The position numbers and the translations under genes were made by a program. From positions 1 to 44,789 of the forward strand of contig JALHTJ010000206.1 in the NCBI GenBank assembly GCA_022865785.1: DNA of 44,789 bases, written 5' to 3'. The notes beneath the pieces were generated by a model. It saw only the letters and a program-made list of their open reading frames with translations, was not told where the DNA came from and searched no databases. This DNA comes from Candidatus Aminicenantes bacterium (GTDB lineage: Bacteria; Acidobacteriota; Aminicenantia; UBA2199). Positions 18,993-27,784 of the stretch are shown here, piece by piece (the first letter of the stretch is position 1; each line of letters opens with the position of its first letter).

Positions 18993-19687
18993 GTTTTTCC
19001 CTCCTTTTGCAGGCGCGCCAGCAAGGGGTCTTGCCGCCCCAGCTCGGTAAAAGCCCGGGCCCGGATGTCACAGGCTGGGCAGCGGCCGCAGGGAAGTTCG
19101 GCGCCGCGGTAGCAGGAGATCGAATATGAGTAATCAGCGCCCAGCTCAATTCCCATAGCGATGATCTCTTTTTTGCCCAAGGCGATCAGCGGCGTATGTA
19201 CCTTGAATCCCCCCCCGCTCCTGCCGGCCGCAGTGCCCTGGTTGATGGCCGCCGCCATTTTCCGGCTGAACTGAACCGTGGTGTCCGGGTAATCGGGGCT
19301 ATCGATGGCGTTGAACCCGGTGACCAGGTTGCGGCTGGCATGCGATTCGGCGCAGGCGGCGGCCAGGGCCAGAAAAATGCCGTTGCGGAAAGGGACGTAT
19401 GTCGACGGCACACCTGGTTCCTTCCGGGAGGCGGCCAGGGATTCGGGAATGGAGCGGCCGTCGCCGAGCAAAGCCGAACTCAGCAAGGTTTCCAGGGGCA
19501 GCGTCACGACATCATAAGCGATTGCCAGGCCGGCGGCGATCTTTTTCGCCATTTCAACCTCGATGCGATGCTGCTGGCCGTAATCTACGATCAGGGCCCG
19601 CAGCGGGGCGAATTTTTTGCGAGCCCAATAGAGAGTGGTGGTCGAATCGATGCCCCCGGAAAACAACACCACAGCGCCTTTGTTCAT
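18989..19687 (-). CDS. queC: 7-cyano-7-deazaguanine synthase QueC
   Basis: 232 aa. The PP-loop VVLFSGGIDSTT and C-terminal Zn cysteines CYRGAELPCGRCPAC. Confidence 0.95.
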   Translation of the reverse strand: MNKGAVVLFSGGIDSTTTLYWARKKFAPLRALIVDYGQQHRIEVEMAKKIAAGLAIAYDVVTLPLETLLSSALLGDGRSIPESLAASRKEPGVPSTYVPFRNGIFLALAAACAESHASRNLVTGFNAIDSPDYPDTTVQFSRKMAAAINQGTAAGRSGGGFKVHTPLIALGKKEIIAMGIELGADYSYSISCYRGAELPCGRCPACDIRARAFTELGRQDPLLARLQKEGKT

Positions 19688-19770
19688 GCGCCTATTTTAC
19701 CGCATTTCCCGACATCTGCCAAACCGGGGATACTATTAAAGGGATTATCACAAAAGAAAGGAACGCATAT

Positions 19771-21033
19771 TTAAACGTTTTGTTCAAGCCTGCCCCGCAG
19801 CGGCAGGAATTTGCGGGCGAACACCAGGGTGCCGGCCAGTGACAGCACCCCGCCGCAGGCCAGCGCCGGGCGCACACCAATGCCACTGGCCAGCGTGCCG
19901 TACAGGAAACTGCCGATGGGCGTGGCGCCCATGAAGGCCATGATGTAGATGCTCATCACCCGGGCCCGTTTGTCGTCGCTGACCAGGTGCTGCAGGTAAG
20001 TGTTGGCCGCTGCCATCTGCAACATCATCCCTACGCCGCCCAGGAAAAGCAGCGGCATGGCCTGCCAGAAAACCCGCGCCAGGGAGAGGCCGCCCAGGCC
20101 CAGGCTGAAAACAACCGATCCGCCCACCATAATTTTTTCAAGGCCGCGGGTACCGGGGCGCGCGGCCAGGACCAATGCTCCCAGCAGCGCCCCGCAACCG
20201 GCCGCGCCCATTAAAAATCCCAGACTATGCGGGCCGCCGTTTAAAGCTTTGCTCACGAATACCGGCATCAGGGTCAGGTACGACAAGCCAACCAGGCTGA
20301 CCCAGGCGATGAGGGCAATGATCAGGCGGATTGGCTGTAAACCGAACGTGTAGGCGAAACCATCGCGCAGTTCACGCCAGAAACCAATCGTCCTGTCGCT
20401 TTTTTTGCGAGGTGCGAACCTCATGGCCAACAGGGCGAATATCACAGCCAGGTAACTGATGCCGTTGATAAGGAAGCAGATTCCCTCGCCGGTCAGGGCG
20501 ATCAGGATGCCGGCCACGGGTGGGCCGACCAGGCGGGCCCCGTTGAACATGGCCGAATTCAAGGCAATGGCATTGCCCAGATCTTCCTTTTTTTCTACAA
20601 CCTGCACGATGAAAGAATGGCGGGCCGGGGCATCCAGGGCGTTGGCCAAACCCAGAAAAAAGGCCAAAGGCAGCAGATGCCAGGGGACGAGGACCTTGCT
20701 GAACATCAGAGCAGCCAGGACGAACGCCTGGGTCATGGCCAGGAACTGCGCTACCAGCATTATGTGCATGCGGTTCCAGCGGTCGGCCAGGACGCCGGCC
20801 AGGGGCGATATGAAAAAAACAGGCATCTGGGCAAAAAAAGCCACCAGGCCGAGATAAAAAGCCGAGCCGGTCAGGCGGTAAACCAGCCAGCCCATGGCCA
20901 CCTGCTGCATCCAGGAACCGGTCAGTGAAATGCCCTGACCGCCGAAATAAAGGCGGTAGTTGCGGTAACGCAGGGCGCGCAGAGTTGACTTCAGATTGGC
21001 AAAAGGTCGGCGCAGCTTACTTCTTTTTACCAT
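19771..21033 (-). CDS. MFS transporter (EntS/MFS_3-like exporter family)
   Basis: 420 aa with about 12 hydrophobic helices. N-terminal YRNYRLYFGGQGISLTGSWMQQVAMGWLVY and GVLADRWNR are typical of this MFS subfamily. Confidence 0.85.
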   Translation of the reverse strand: MVKRSKLRRPFANLKSTLRALRYRNYRLYFGGQGISLTGSWMQQVAMGWLVYRLTGSAFYLGLVAFFAQMPVFFISPLAGVLADRWNRMHIMLVAQFLAMTQAFVLAALMFSKVLVPWHLLPLAFFLGLANALDAPARHSFIVQVVEKKEDLGNAIALNSAMFNGARLVGPPVAGILIALTGEGICFLINGISYLAVIFALLAMRFAPRKKSDRTIGFWRELRDGFAYTFGLQPIRLIIALIAWVSLVGLSYLTLMPVFVSKALNGGPHSLGFLMGAAGCGALLGALVLAARPGTRGLEKIMVGGSVVFSLGLGGLSLARVFWQAMPLLFLGGVGMMLQMAAANTYLQHLVSDDKRARVMSIYIMAFMGATPIGSFLYGTLASGIGVRPALACGGVLSLAGTLVFARKFLPLRGRLEQNV

Positions 21034-21036
21034 GGC

Positions 21037-21600
21037 CTATCCTGCGCACAGGTGTTCCAGCAGTATCTTCAAGCCGATGGCTATCAGGATCGCCCCGCCC
21101 AGGATCTCAACTTTTCCAGCAAACCACATCCCGAACCTGTGTCCGATAAAAACGGCCAGCAGCGAGAGGCAAAAGGTTACCAGGCCGATGAGCAGCACCG
21201 GCATGATGATATCCACGGCCAGGGCCAAAAAACTGAGGCCCACGGCCAGGGCGTCAATGCTGGTGGCCACAGAGAGGGCCAGCAGTACCGGCAGGCTCAA
21301 CTTTTTGGTTTGCGTCCGGCAGTCAGGGGCGCGCCGCGCCTCGAGCATCATCTTGCCACCGATGACAGAGAGCAGGATGAAGGCCAGCCAGTGGTCGAAA
21401 CTGGAAATAATATTTTTGAATCCCAGACCGACCAGCCAGCCGATAACCGGCATCAGCAGCTGGAAAAGGCCAAAAAAGAAAGCCAGGCGCATGGCCTGGA
21501 GCAGTTCGACTTTTCTGGAGGCGCAGCCATTGGCCATGGCCACGGCCACGGCGTCCATGGACAAGCCCAAGGCAATGAATAGAACTGTCAGCAAATCCAT
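21037..21600 (-). CDS. mntP: Manganese efflux pump MntP family protein
   Basis: LGLSMDAVAVAMANG plus a second SIDALAVGLSF half-repeat are characteristic of MntP/DUF204. The ORF track starts at a TTG (21606); the ATG at 21600 (MDLLTVLF) seems more likely. Confidence 0.88.
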   Translation of the reverse strand: MDLLTVLFIALGLSMDAVAVAMANGCASRKVELLQAMRLAFFFGLFQLLMPVIGWLVGLGFKNIISSFDHWLAFILLSVIGGKMMLEARRAPDCRTQTKKLSLPVLLALSVATSIDALAVGLSFLALAVDIIMPVLLIGLVTFCLSLLAVFIGHRFGMWFAGKVEILGGAILIAIGLKILLEHLCAG

Positions 21601-21711
21601 TTTCAAGCCTTTTAATCCGCCGCTATCCGCAAGCGGAGGGTAAAGTCCAATGTAGCAGAGGCCCGGCCGGCTGTCAACTGAAAATCCCAGCCCGGAGATG
21701 ATCCCCAGCGG

Positions 21712-23556
21712 TTATTGGGGAAGTAATTCCAGAAGGAATTGGCGGGAAAGCGAGCGGTAAGACGCTCGGACCATGATGCGGCCGGCGCGGCGGATCAGGT
21801 AGAAATCATAATTGAAATTTTTAAACAAAAAATCATAATTCAACTGGGTCTGGAACTCCCAGTTCTTGATCAGGGTGAAGGCACAATCGAGATAAGCGCT
21901 GGTGAAATTTCCGGTCTTGGTGTCGTAGGAAAGAGACAGCCAACCCTTGACGCGGCTTTGGCCTTCTTTGAGCCTTAGTACTGCCGACCAGTCCTGGGAG
22001 GTGCTGCCGCGGATGAACCATTTTTCGGTCTGGCGCCGGGTATGGTAGTTGTATAAAAAATCAAGATCTGCGAAACCGGCAATGTTTTGGCTGCATTTGA
22101 AAACACATCCCAGCGATGTGAAGTCATTCAAACGCTCCTGGTCCAGCAGCTGTTCTGCGGCCAGGGCCATTGTGAAGGCCGGCCCGCGCCCCAGTTTGAT
22201 CCTTTCACTCTGCAGGTTCAACCCCAGATTCGCTTTACTCTGGTTGTTCCGCGTGCCGGCCAACTCCAGCTGGTTGACCATGAAGCTGGAGACAAGGTTC
22301 ACCTGCAGCAGGTTGTGATAAAGCCGGAAAGGGCTCACATTCAGGGTGAAGCGCGGAGTACCCTGGCTCTGGTTCTGTAAAAGATCTTTATGGAAAGAGT
22401 AATCCGCGGCCATGTTGAACAGGCTGTGGGTATAAGCCAGAAAAAACGACGAGCTGAGCAGGCGGTTGTATGAGTCCTGACCATAGCGAAGGCGTGAACG
22501 GGCGTGCTGCAGGGAGAGGTTGATGTTTTTCACAGTCTGGTTCTGCAGAGAAATCTCGGCCACATACTGCTTCTCCTTTTCATAGGAGAGGTTCAGGGCC
22601 AGGTTGCCCAGCATGCGGTTTTGCAGGTTGGAGCCCAGGCGCAGCCATAGTTCTTCCTGTTCGGTGGCAGTGCGACTGTATTCGGCCGCCCATTCGCTGG
22701 AAAATTGAGGGGTCCATCGGGTTTTGAAGGCCAACCGGGAGTTGAACAGGTTGTCGGTCAGGAAATTGACATTCAAGGATAAATCGCTTTTCTTACTCAG
22801 ATCAAGCGAATTGAGTGAAATGAAATATATTTTCCCCCGGGGGCCAGTCGCGATCCTGTTCAAGATGTCGTATTTGAAGTCCAGGGAGTTGGCGGTTTTC
22901 ATAGCTCCGTTTTTAATCTTTTTTTCCAGATTCATGTGGCTGTTGATCACCAGTCCTTCCGATGGGTAATACCAGATCTTGTCGATGCCGGCACCCTCGA
23001 TGTTCGTTTCGTCGGCCCCCTGGTCAAGCTTGAATTTCTTGAACGCCAGCGATTGGACGCCTTCGATGAACACTGTGGTCTGGTAGCCGTACACCCGGAA
23101 ACTCTGGGTGATGACAATGCGTTGGTTCAAAAAATACACCAACGATTTTTTCAACGCTTCATGATCCTTAAGGGTGATTTTTTTAACAGCGGCATTCTCG
23201 CCGGCCGCGGCGTTTTTCTGGCCCGGCAAAGTCCAGGAAAGGATGCGCTCCTGGAAAGTGGTGAATTTCAGGCTCAGGCCTTCCAGGTCGATCTCCAGCA
23301 TATCTGTCGTGTATTTCTGCTTGCCGGCCTCCACACGGCAATTCCTGCTGGCCAGGGCGGCGCGGCCGGCCATGTCAATCTCCACGGTCTCGGCCTGGAT
23401 GGTCCACTCCTTGCACTTGATCTGGATGTTTCCCTGGCCGTATATGTAATTGAAATCATAGCTGTAGAGAAGATAATCGCCTTTGATCTCCAGCAATTCC
23501 TTACCGGGGAGGCAAAGGGCCAGAGCCCCCAGGAGCGAAAAAAGGGCTTTGTTCAT
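21712..23556 (-). CDS. Putative outer-membrane beta-barrel protein with OstA/LptD-like N-terminal segment (function unknown)
   Basis: 614 aa with signal-like MNKALFSLLGALALCLPG. The N-terminal ~100 aa resemble an OstA-type beta-jellyroll by eye. The rest is rich in alternating beta-strand patterns and Asn/Ser/Tyr turns. No enzymatic motif seen. Confidence 0.55.
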   Translation of the reverse strand: MNKALFSLLGALALCLPGKELLEIKGDYLLYSYDFNYIYGQGNIQIKCKEWTIQAETVEIDMAGRAALASRNCRVEAGKQKYTTDMLEIDLEGLSLKFTTFQERILSWTLPGQKNAAAGENAAVKKITLKDHEALKKSLVYFLNQRIVITQSFRVYGYQTTVFIEGVQSLAFKKFKLDQGADETNIEGAGIDKIWYYPSEGLVINSHMNLEKKIKNGAMKTANSLDFKYDILNRIATGPRGKIYFISLNSLDLSKKSDLSLNVNFLTDNLFNSRLAFKTRWTPQFSSEWAAEYSRTATEQEELWLRLGSNLQNRMLGNLALNLSYEKEKQYVAEISLQNQTVKNINLSLQHARSRLRYGQDSYNRLLSSSFFLAYTHSLFNMAADYSFHKDLLQNQSQGTPRFTLNVSPFRLYHNLLQVNLVSSFMVNQLELAGTRNNQSKANLGLNLQSERIKLGRGPAFTMALAAEQLLDQERLNDFTSLGCVFKCSQNIAGFADLDFLYNYHTRRQTEKWFIRGSTSQDWSAVLRLKEGQSRVKGWLSLSYDTKTGNFTSAYLDCAFTLIKNWEFQTQLNYDFLFKNFNYDFYLIRRAGRIMVRASYRSLSRQFLLELLPQ

Positions 23557-24272
23557 TGAAACCTTAATTTAAAGATCTTTCCCGTCCGCTCACCGCACCA
23601 GAAGATCCCTTCCGCATAAGCCAGCCCGGCAGCCTGGCGGGAAGGCGTTTGATACAGGTTGAGCGGGGCGCCGAGTTCATCGAGTCGAAAAAACTTCATC
23701 TGCGCAGCGTCGATGGTCCACAGATTGTCGCCGTCATAGCTTACTCCATCAATGGCGGAGCCGGGTTGGGGAATGGAGCGCTCGATCGTCCCGCTCAGCG
23801 GATTGACGACCAGGACTGAGTTGGACAGACGGTCGGCTATGTACAGGCTCCCGGCGGCGAAATCCAAGCAACCGAAATTGCCACGCAGCAGATTGAGCAC
23901 GCGGATCTGCGTGCCGGTGACGATATTCACCTGCACCAACTGGGAAGAGTTTTTTACGCTCAGCCAAAGGTCTTTGCCGTCGTAGGCGATGCCTGCCACC
24001 GGCTGCGGGAAATCCAGTTCCCTGATCAGGGCCCCGGAGCTGTAATTCAAGGCCAGGATCCGTGAAAGCGAGTCGACCGCCCAGAGGGCATCGCCGCTGA
24101 AGGTCAGGTCGACCGGAACGATGCCGTCGACTTGCAGGGTGGAGAGGATCTCATAGGCGCGGGTCTCGGCTGCGGGGTCGTTGGGGTTGTCGAAAAGCCG
24201 GTCATTGCACCCGGACAGACAAAGGATGCTAAAAACAGCAAGTAAGGCCAGCGCCGAATGTTTGGTTTTCAT
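23553..24272 (-). CDS. Beta-propeller repeat lipoprotein (glutamine-cyclotransferase/NHL-like repeats)
   Basis: I take the start at ATG 24272: MKTKHSALALLAVFSILCLSGC, with lipobox LSGC. There are about 5 repeats of the type G(I/V)xYDGxxLWxxD...G. ATGA overlap with the next gene. Confidence 0.6.
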   Translation of the reverse strand: MKTKHSALALLAVFSILCLSGCNDRLFDNPNDPAAETRAYEILSTLQVDGIVPVDLTFSGDALWAVDSLSRILALNYSSGALIRELDFPQPVAGIAYDGKDLWLSVKNSSQLVQVNIVTGTQIRVLNLLRGNFGCLDFAAGSLYIADRLSNSVLVVNPLSGTIERSIPQPGSAIDGVSYDGDNLWTIDAAQMKFFRLDELGAPLNLYQTPSRQAAGLAYAEGIFWCGERTGKIFKLRFQ

Positions 24273-24711
24273 GGTTGTAATAAGGGTGAAAAGCCACGGC
24301 CGCGTTGCGGCCGTACTTTTTCTTGGCGAAAACAAAGATGTCGATCATGTTTAAAACCCAGACGCCGGCAGCGGCCAAAATGGCGGTGTTGCGCCGCCGG
24401 TCATATTTTTCAGTCTGCAGGCGCCACTCCGTCGCCGCGACCGCATCTTTGGCGTCACGGTAATTGCGGTACGCCTCAGTGCCTTTGCCGATTTCGATGA
24501 CAATCCTAGCCAGGCAAAATATTTCGGCCGAGGCGAAAATCGCGGCCTTGACGTATTGCTTTTCGGCCAGCTGCCCCAGACCCGGGAATACAAGCGATTT
24601 TTCCAAAACCTTGCGCAAGCGGCCGGATTCAGGTTTCACCTCCTCCGCCGCGAACAACTCCTGCCCGGCCAAGAGCACGACCAGCAAGAACAGCGCCTTT
24701 TTCCTAAGCAA
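24229..24711 (-). CDS. Small membrane-associated protein, DUF5683-like (PGLGQ motif)
   Basis: 160 aa starting at TTG 24711, with no in-frame ATG near the N-terminus. Signal/TM segment ALFLLVVLLAGQELFA, then SLVFPGLGQLAEKQYVKA and a later TM segment. Overlaps the MtaB-like stop by 8 nt and the lipoprotein start by 44 nt. Confidence 0.5.
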   Translation of the reverse strand: MLRKKALFLLVVLLAGQELFAAEEVKPESGRLRKVLEKSLVFPGLGQLAEKQYVKAAIFASAEIFCLARIVIEIGKGTEAYRNYRDAKDAVAATEWRLQTEKYDRRRNTAILAAAGVWVLNMIDIFVFAKKKYGRNAAVAFHPYYNHENQTFGAGLTCCF

Positions 24712-25945
24712 TTTTTCCCTCGCAGAGGTTCTCGTTGATCACGCCCTCGACACGCACCGAGAGTTTTTTCTTTTTGTAGCCGCGCACCGGCGGGATGCGC
24801 ACCGACAGGAAATTGCGCGTGATCACCAGTGCGTAATTGGGGTTTTCCTCGATCAGGATGCCGGTAAAAACCTTGTCGCGGCAGCGGTCGCGGTAATCCA
24901 GCTTCATCTGGATGCCCAGTTCCTTCAATTCCAGCGCCCGCGCCCTGACCATTTCTGCAGGCAGGGGTTCCAGGATGGCGGCCTTGGTGCCGCGGCGCGG
25001 CGAAAAAGGAAACACGTGCAGGTAATTCAGCGGCGAGACCTGGATGAACTTCACGGTTTCCTGGAATTCCCGTTCGCTTTCGCCGGGAAAACCGACAATG
25101 AAATCGGCCCCCAGGTTGGCTTCAGGGAAAAATTTGCGGAAATGGGCCAGGATCTTCAGGTAATCGGCGCTTTTGCTGCCGCGGTTCATGCGACGGATGA
25201 CCGCATCGCTGCCGCTTTGAAAGGAAAAATGAAAGCTGTCAGCGACCTTTGAAAAACCGCTCAACTCCTTGACGAAACTGTACTTGATGAAGCGCGGGTC
25301 CAGGGAACTAAGGCGGACAATCTCGATACCGCGGATGTGCTGGATCTCTTCGATCATGCCCAGCAGGGTTTCACGGGGAAAGACATCGTAACCATAGGAC
25401 GACAGGTTGATGCCGGTCAGCACCACCTCGCGGTAGCCCAGCGCCGCGTAATGCCGGACCTTGGCCGTGATATCCTTTTTCGACAGGCTCTGGGCTTTGC
25501 CACGCAGGGACGGCACGATGCAAAAAGCGCAGCGGAAATTGCAACCGTCCTGGATCTTTAAAAAAACCCGGGAACGGAAAGAAGAATGGAAGATCATGTG
25601 GCTGTCAATGGGAAAAATTTCGCATACTGCCTGGACCAGACGCTTCTTTTCCTGGTTGTCAAAAAAAAAATAATTCTTGTATTTGTGGCTCAGCACCGTC
25701 TTGTCCTGGCTGACCGTGCAGCCGGCGATAAGCCATTTGATGCGGGTGTTGTGATAGGCCTTGCTGACAAAGCGCCGTACGTCCTTTTCGGCTTTTTCGG
25801 TGACGCTGCAGGTGTTCAATATCCCGAAAACGGCCTGGGCGGGTGACGTGGTCAATTCATAACCGAGTTTTTCCAGTTCAATAATCCATTCCTGGATCTC
25901 GGCCTGGTTGCTGCGGCAGCCGAAACTGTCGACGACAAACTTCAT
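24704..25945 (-). CDS. MiaB/MtaB-family radical-SAM tRNA methylthiotransferase
   Basis: 413 aa. The N-terminal UPF0004 Cys (FGCRSNQ...NTCSVT) and the radical-SAM motif GCNFRCAFC. Its size and N-terminus fit MtaB-like enzymes best. Confidence 0.85.
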   Translation of the reverse strand: MKFVVDSFGCRSNQAEIQEWIIELEKLGYELTTSPAQAVFGILNTCSVTEKAEKDVRRFVSKAYHNTRIKWLIAGCTVSQDKTVLSHKYKNYFFFDNQEKKRLVQAVCEIFPIDSHMIFHSSFRSRVFLKIQDGCNFRCAFCIVPSLRGKAQSLSKKDITAKVRHYAALGYREVVLTGINLSSYGYDVFPRETLLGMIEEIQHIRGIEIVRLSSLDPRFIKYSFVKELSGFSKVADSFHFSFQSGSDAVIRRMNRGSKSADYLKILAHFRKFFPEANLGADFIVGFPGESEREFQETVKFIQVSPLNYLHVFPFSPRRGTKAAILEPLPAEMVRARALELKELGIQMKLDYRDRCRDKVFTGILIEENPNYALVITRNFLSVRIPPVRGYKKKKLSVRVEGVINENLCEGKIA

Positions 25946-26445
25946 CCCCGGTCCAGCTTGTCCTTCAGTTCTCGACTCTTTTCCAGCACTTTTTCCCGCT
26001 GTTCGGCGCGGTAGGCCTGCAGTTTTTCCTTTAAAACCGGATCATGGGCAGCCAGCAGCGCGACGGCGAACAAAGCGGCATTGGTCGCCCCGGCAGCACC
26101 GATGCCGAAGGTGGCGACCGGTATGCCGGCCGGCATCTGGACAATGGCCAGCAGGGAATCGAAGCCGGAAAGAGTTGAAGTCATGGGCACGCCCAGGACC
26201 GGCAGCAAGGTGTGACTGGCCACGACGCCGGGCAGATGGGCGGCACCTCCGGCCGCGGCGATGATCACTTCCACGCCCTGCGCTTCAAATTCCCGGACCA
26301 GCTGCAGGGTGCGCTCCGGCGTGCGGTGGGCCGAACTGACCTCAACTTGCAGGGGTATCTGCAGTCGGCGCAGCAGGGAGATGCCCTTTTCCACTTGGGC
26401 AAAATCCGAATCCGAACCCAGGATATAAGCTATTTTGGCTTTCAT
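25942..26445 (-). CDS. purE: N5-carboxyaminoimidazole ribonucleotide mutase PurE
   Basis: ILGSDSD, SAHRTPE and AAGGAAHLPGV motifs. I take ATG 26445 (MKAKIAYILGS), which gives an ATGA overlap with the purD stop. Confidence 0.95.
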   Translation of the reverse strand: MKAKIAYILGSDSDFAQVEKGISLLRRLQIPLQVEVSSAHRTPERTLQLVREFEAQGVEVIIAAAGGAAHLPGVVASHTLLPVLGVPMTSTLSGFDSLLAIVQMPAGIPVATFGIGAAGATNAALFAVALLAAHDPVLKEKLQAYRAEQREKVLEKSRELKDKLDRG

Positions 26446-27704
26446 TTGCGGCTCCAACCGATATCGCGGCGAAAGGTCATGTCATCAAAGGTAATGAACG
26501 AGATGCCGTCATAGATCTTGTCCATGGCTTCCTTCAATGTCGGAGCCGTGGCGCAGACGTTCAGCACCCGGCCGCCGGCGCTTACCGGACCGTCCTTGCC
26601 CATGGCCGTGCCGGCGTGAAAAACTTCCACACCCAGAGACTTGGCCCGCTCCAAGCCCTGGATCTTCTGCCCCTTGGCATACTTCTGCGGATAGCCCCTG
26701 GCGGCCAGGACCACGCAACCGGAAACATTTTCGTCCCAATCGGCGACGATGTCAAAAAGGTTCTCGTCAGCAGATCCTTCCAAAATGTCTACCAGGTCGC
26801 TTTTCAAACGCATCAGCACCACCTGGGTTTCCGGATCACCGAAGCGGGCATTGAATTCCAGGACCTTGGGGCCTTCCCGGGTGATCATCAAACCGGCATA
26901 GAGCAGCCCCTTGTATTCCTTGTTCTCGAATTTCAACCCGGAAATTGTCGGTTGGATTATGGTTTTCATGATCTGGTTGAAAAGGTCTTTGCTGATCTGC
27001 GGCGCCGGCGAAATGGCGCCCATGCCGCCGGTGTTGGGTCCCGTGTCGTCTTCCAGGGCTTTTTTGTAATCCATGGAGGTGGCCAATGGGAAGATGCGCT
27101 TGCCGTCGCAGACGGCCATGAATGTCATTTCCTGGCCGCTGAGGAATTCCTCGATTACTACCCGTTCCCCGGATTGGCCGAATTTTCCATCCAGCATGAC
27201 CTCCTTGATGGCCTCATCGGCCTCGTCCTTTTTCCGGCAAATAAAAACACCTTTGCCGGAGGCCAGACCATCGGCCTTGATCACCAGCGGGAATTTGGCT
27301 TTTTGGAAATATTCAAGCGCTACGGCGGCGGCATTGAAGACCTTGAAGTCCGCTGTCGGAATATTGTTCTTGCGCATGAAATCCTTGGCAAAGGACTTGG
27401 AGGTCTCGATCATGGCCGCCTTCTGGGTCGGGCCGAAGATCTTCAGGTTGCGATTGTTGAATTCATCAACGATGCCCAAACCCAGGGGCTGCTCAGGGCC
27501 GACAACGGTCAGGTCAATTTTCTGTTCCTGGGCAAAATCGGCCAGTTCGATGATACTGGCCGGCTTGATATCAACAAGATCGGCCAGCTGCTTCATGCCG
27601 GGATTGCCCGGGGCGGCAAAGATCTTGGTCACCCGCTTGGACTGGGAAATCTTCCATACCAGGGCATGCTCCCGGCCGCCGGAACCGACGATCAATATTT
27701 TCAT
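26442..27704 (-). CDS. purD: Phosphoribosylamine-glycine ligase PurD
   Basis: 420 aa. MKILIVGSGGREHALVWK and an ATP-grasp core, PurD-like along its full length. Confidence 0.97.
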   Translation of the reverse strand: MKILIVGSGGREHALVWKISQSKRVTKIFAAPGNPGMKQLADLVDIKPASIIELADFAQEQKIDLTVVGPEQPLGLGIVDEFNNRNLKIFGPTQKAAMIETSKSFAKDFMRKNNIPTADFKVFNAAAVALEYFQKAKFPLVIKADGLASGKGVFICRKKDEADEAIKEVMLDGKFGQSGERVVIEEFLSGQEMTFMAVCDGKRIFPLATSMDYKKALEDDTGPNTGGMGAISPAPQISKDLFNQIMKTIIQPTISGLKFENKEYKGLLYAGLMITREGPKVLEFNARFGDPETQVVLMRLKSDLVDILEGSADENLFDIVADWDENVSGCVVLAARGYPQKYAKGQKIQGLERAKSLGVEVFHAGTAMGKDGPVSAGGRVLNVCATAPTLKEAMDKIYDGISFITFDDMTFRRDIGWSRK

Positions 27705-27731
27705 CTTGACTCCTTATGCATTCCCGCCTGA

Positions 27732-27760
27732 ATTATAGAAAATAAATCACGTTTGCACAA
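27732..27760 (-). promoter_or_regulatory. Sigma-70-type promoter ahead of purD
   Basis: - strand TTGTGC (27760-27755), 17-nt spacer, TATAAT (27737-27732), then AAGGAG 6 nt before ATG 27704. Confidence 0.45.
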
Positions 27761-27784
27761 GAGGGCGAGGAATGGCGATAAGGA

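Noticed and set aside
19688-19770. Possible preQ1 riboswitch in the 83-nt leader of queC. On the - strand, CCCG-13 nt loop-CGGG is followed by the A-rich tail AAAUGCGGUAAAAUAGG, which overlaps the SD sequence (19729-19691).
   Set aside because: The architecture is loosely like preQ1-I (short stem, ~12-nt loop, A-rich tail). However, the stem is only 4 bp, I cannot find the conserved loop and tail nucleotides, and I see no convincing pseudoknot pairing. It is not supportable by eye. A cmsearch with Rfam RF00522 could overturn this.
25661-25670. A10 homopolymer (T10 on the coding strand, coding YFFFD) inside the MtaB-like gene. Similar T8/T9 runs occur at about 2221-2229 and 28425-28440.
   Set aside because: I considered a slipped-strand phase-variation tract. 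The runs simply encode Phe/Lys-rich stretches in housekeeping or membrane genes, and the reading frames are intact.
26616-27731. Very long ORFs antisense to recognised genes. This one is 371 aa opposite purD. Others are 31037..32095 (+) opposite proS, 33297..34340 (+) opposite the DUF3857 gene, 42297..43406 (-) opposite aor, 41147..42121 (-) opposite deoC, 5187..5711 (+) and 642..1223 (+).
   Set aside because: Each lies opposite a gene with unmistakable family motifs. Their translations are Gly/Arg/Ala/Pro/His-rich low complexity without motifs or SD sequences. Long open antisense frames are expected in GC-rich coding DNA.
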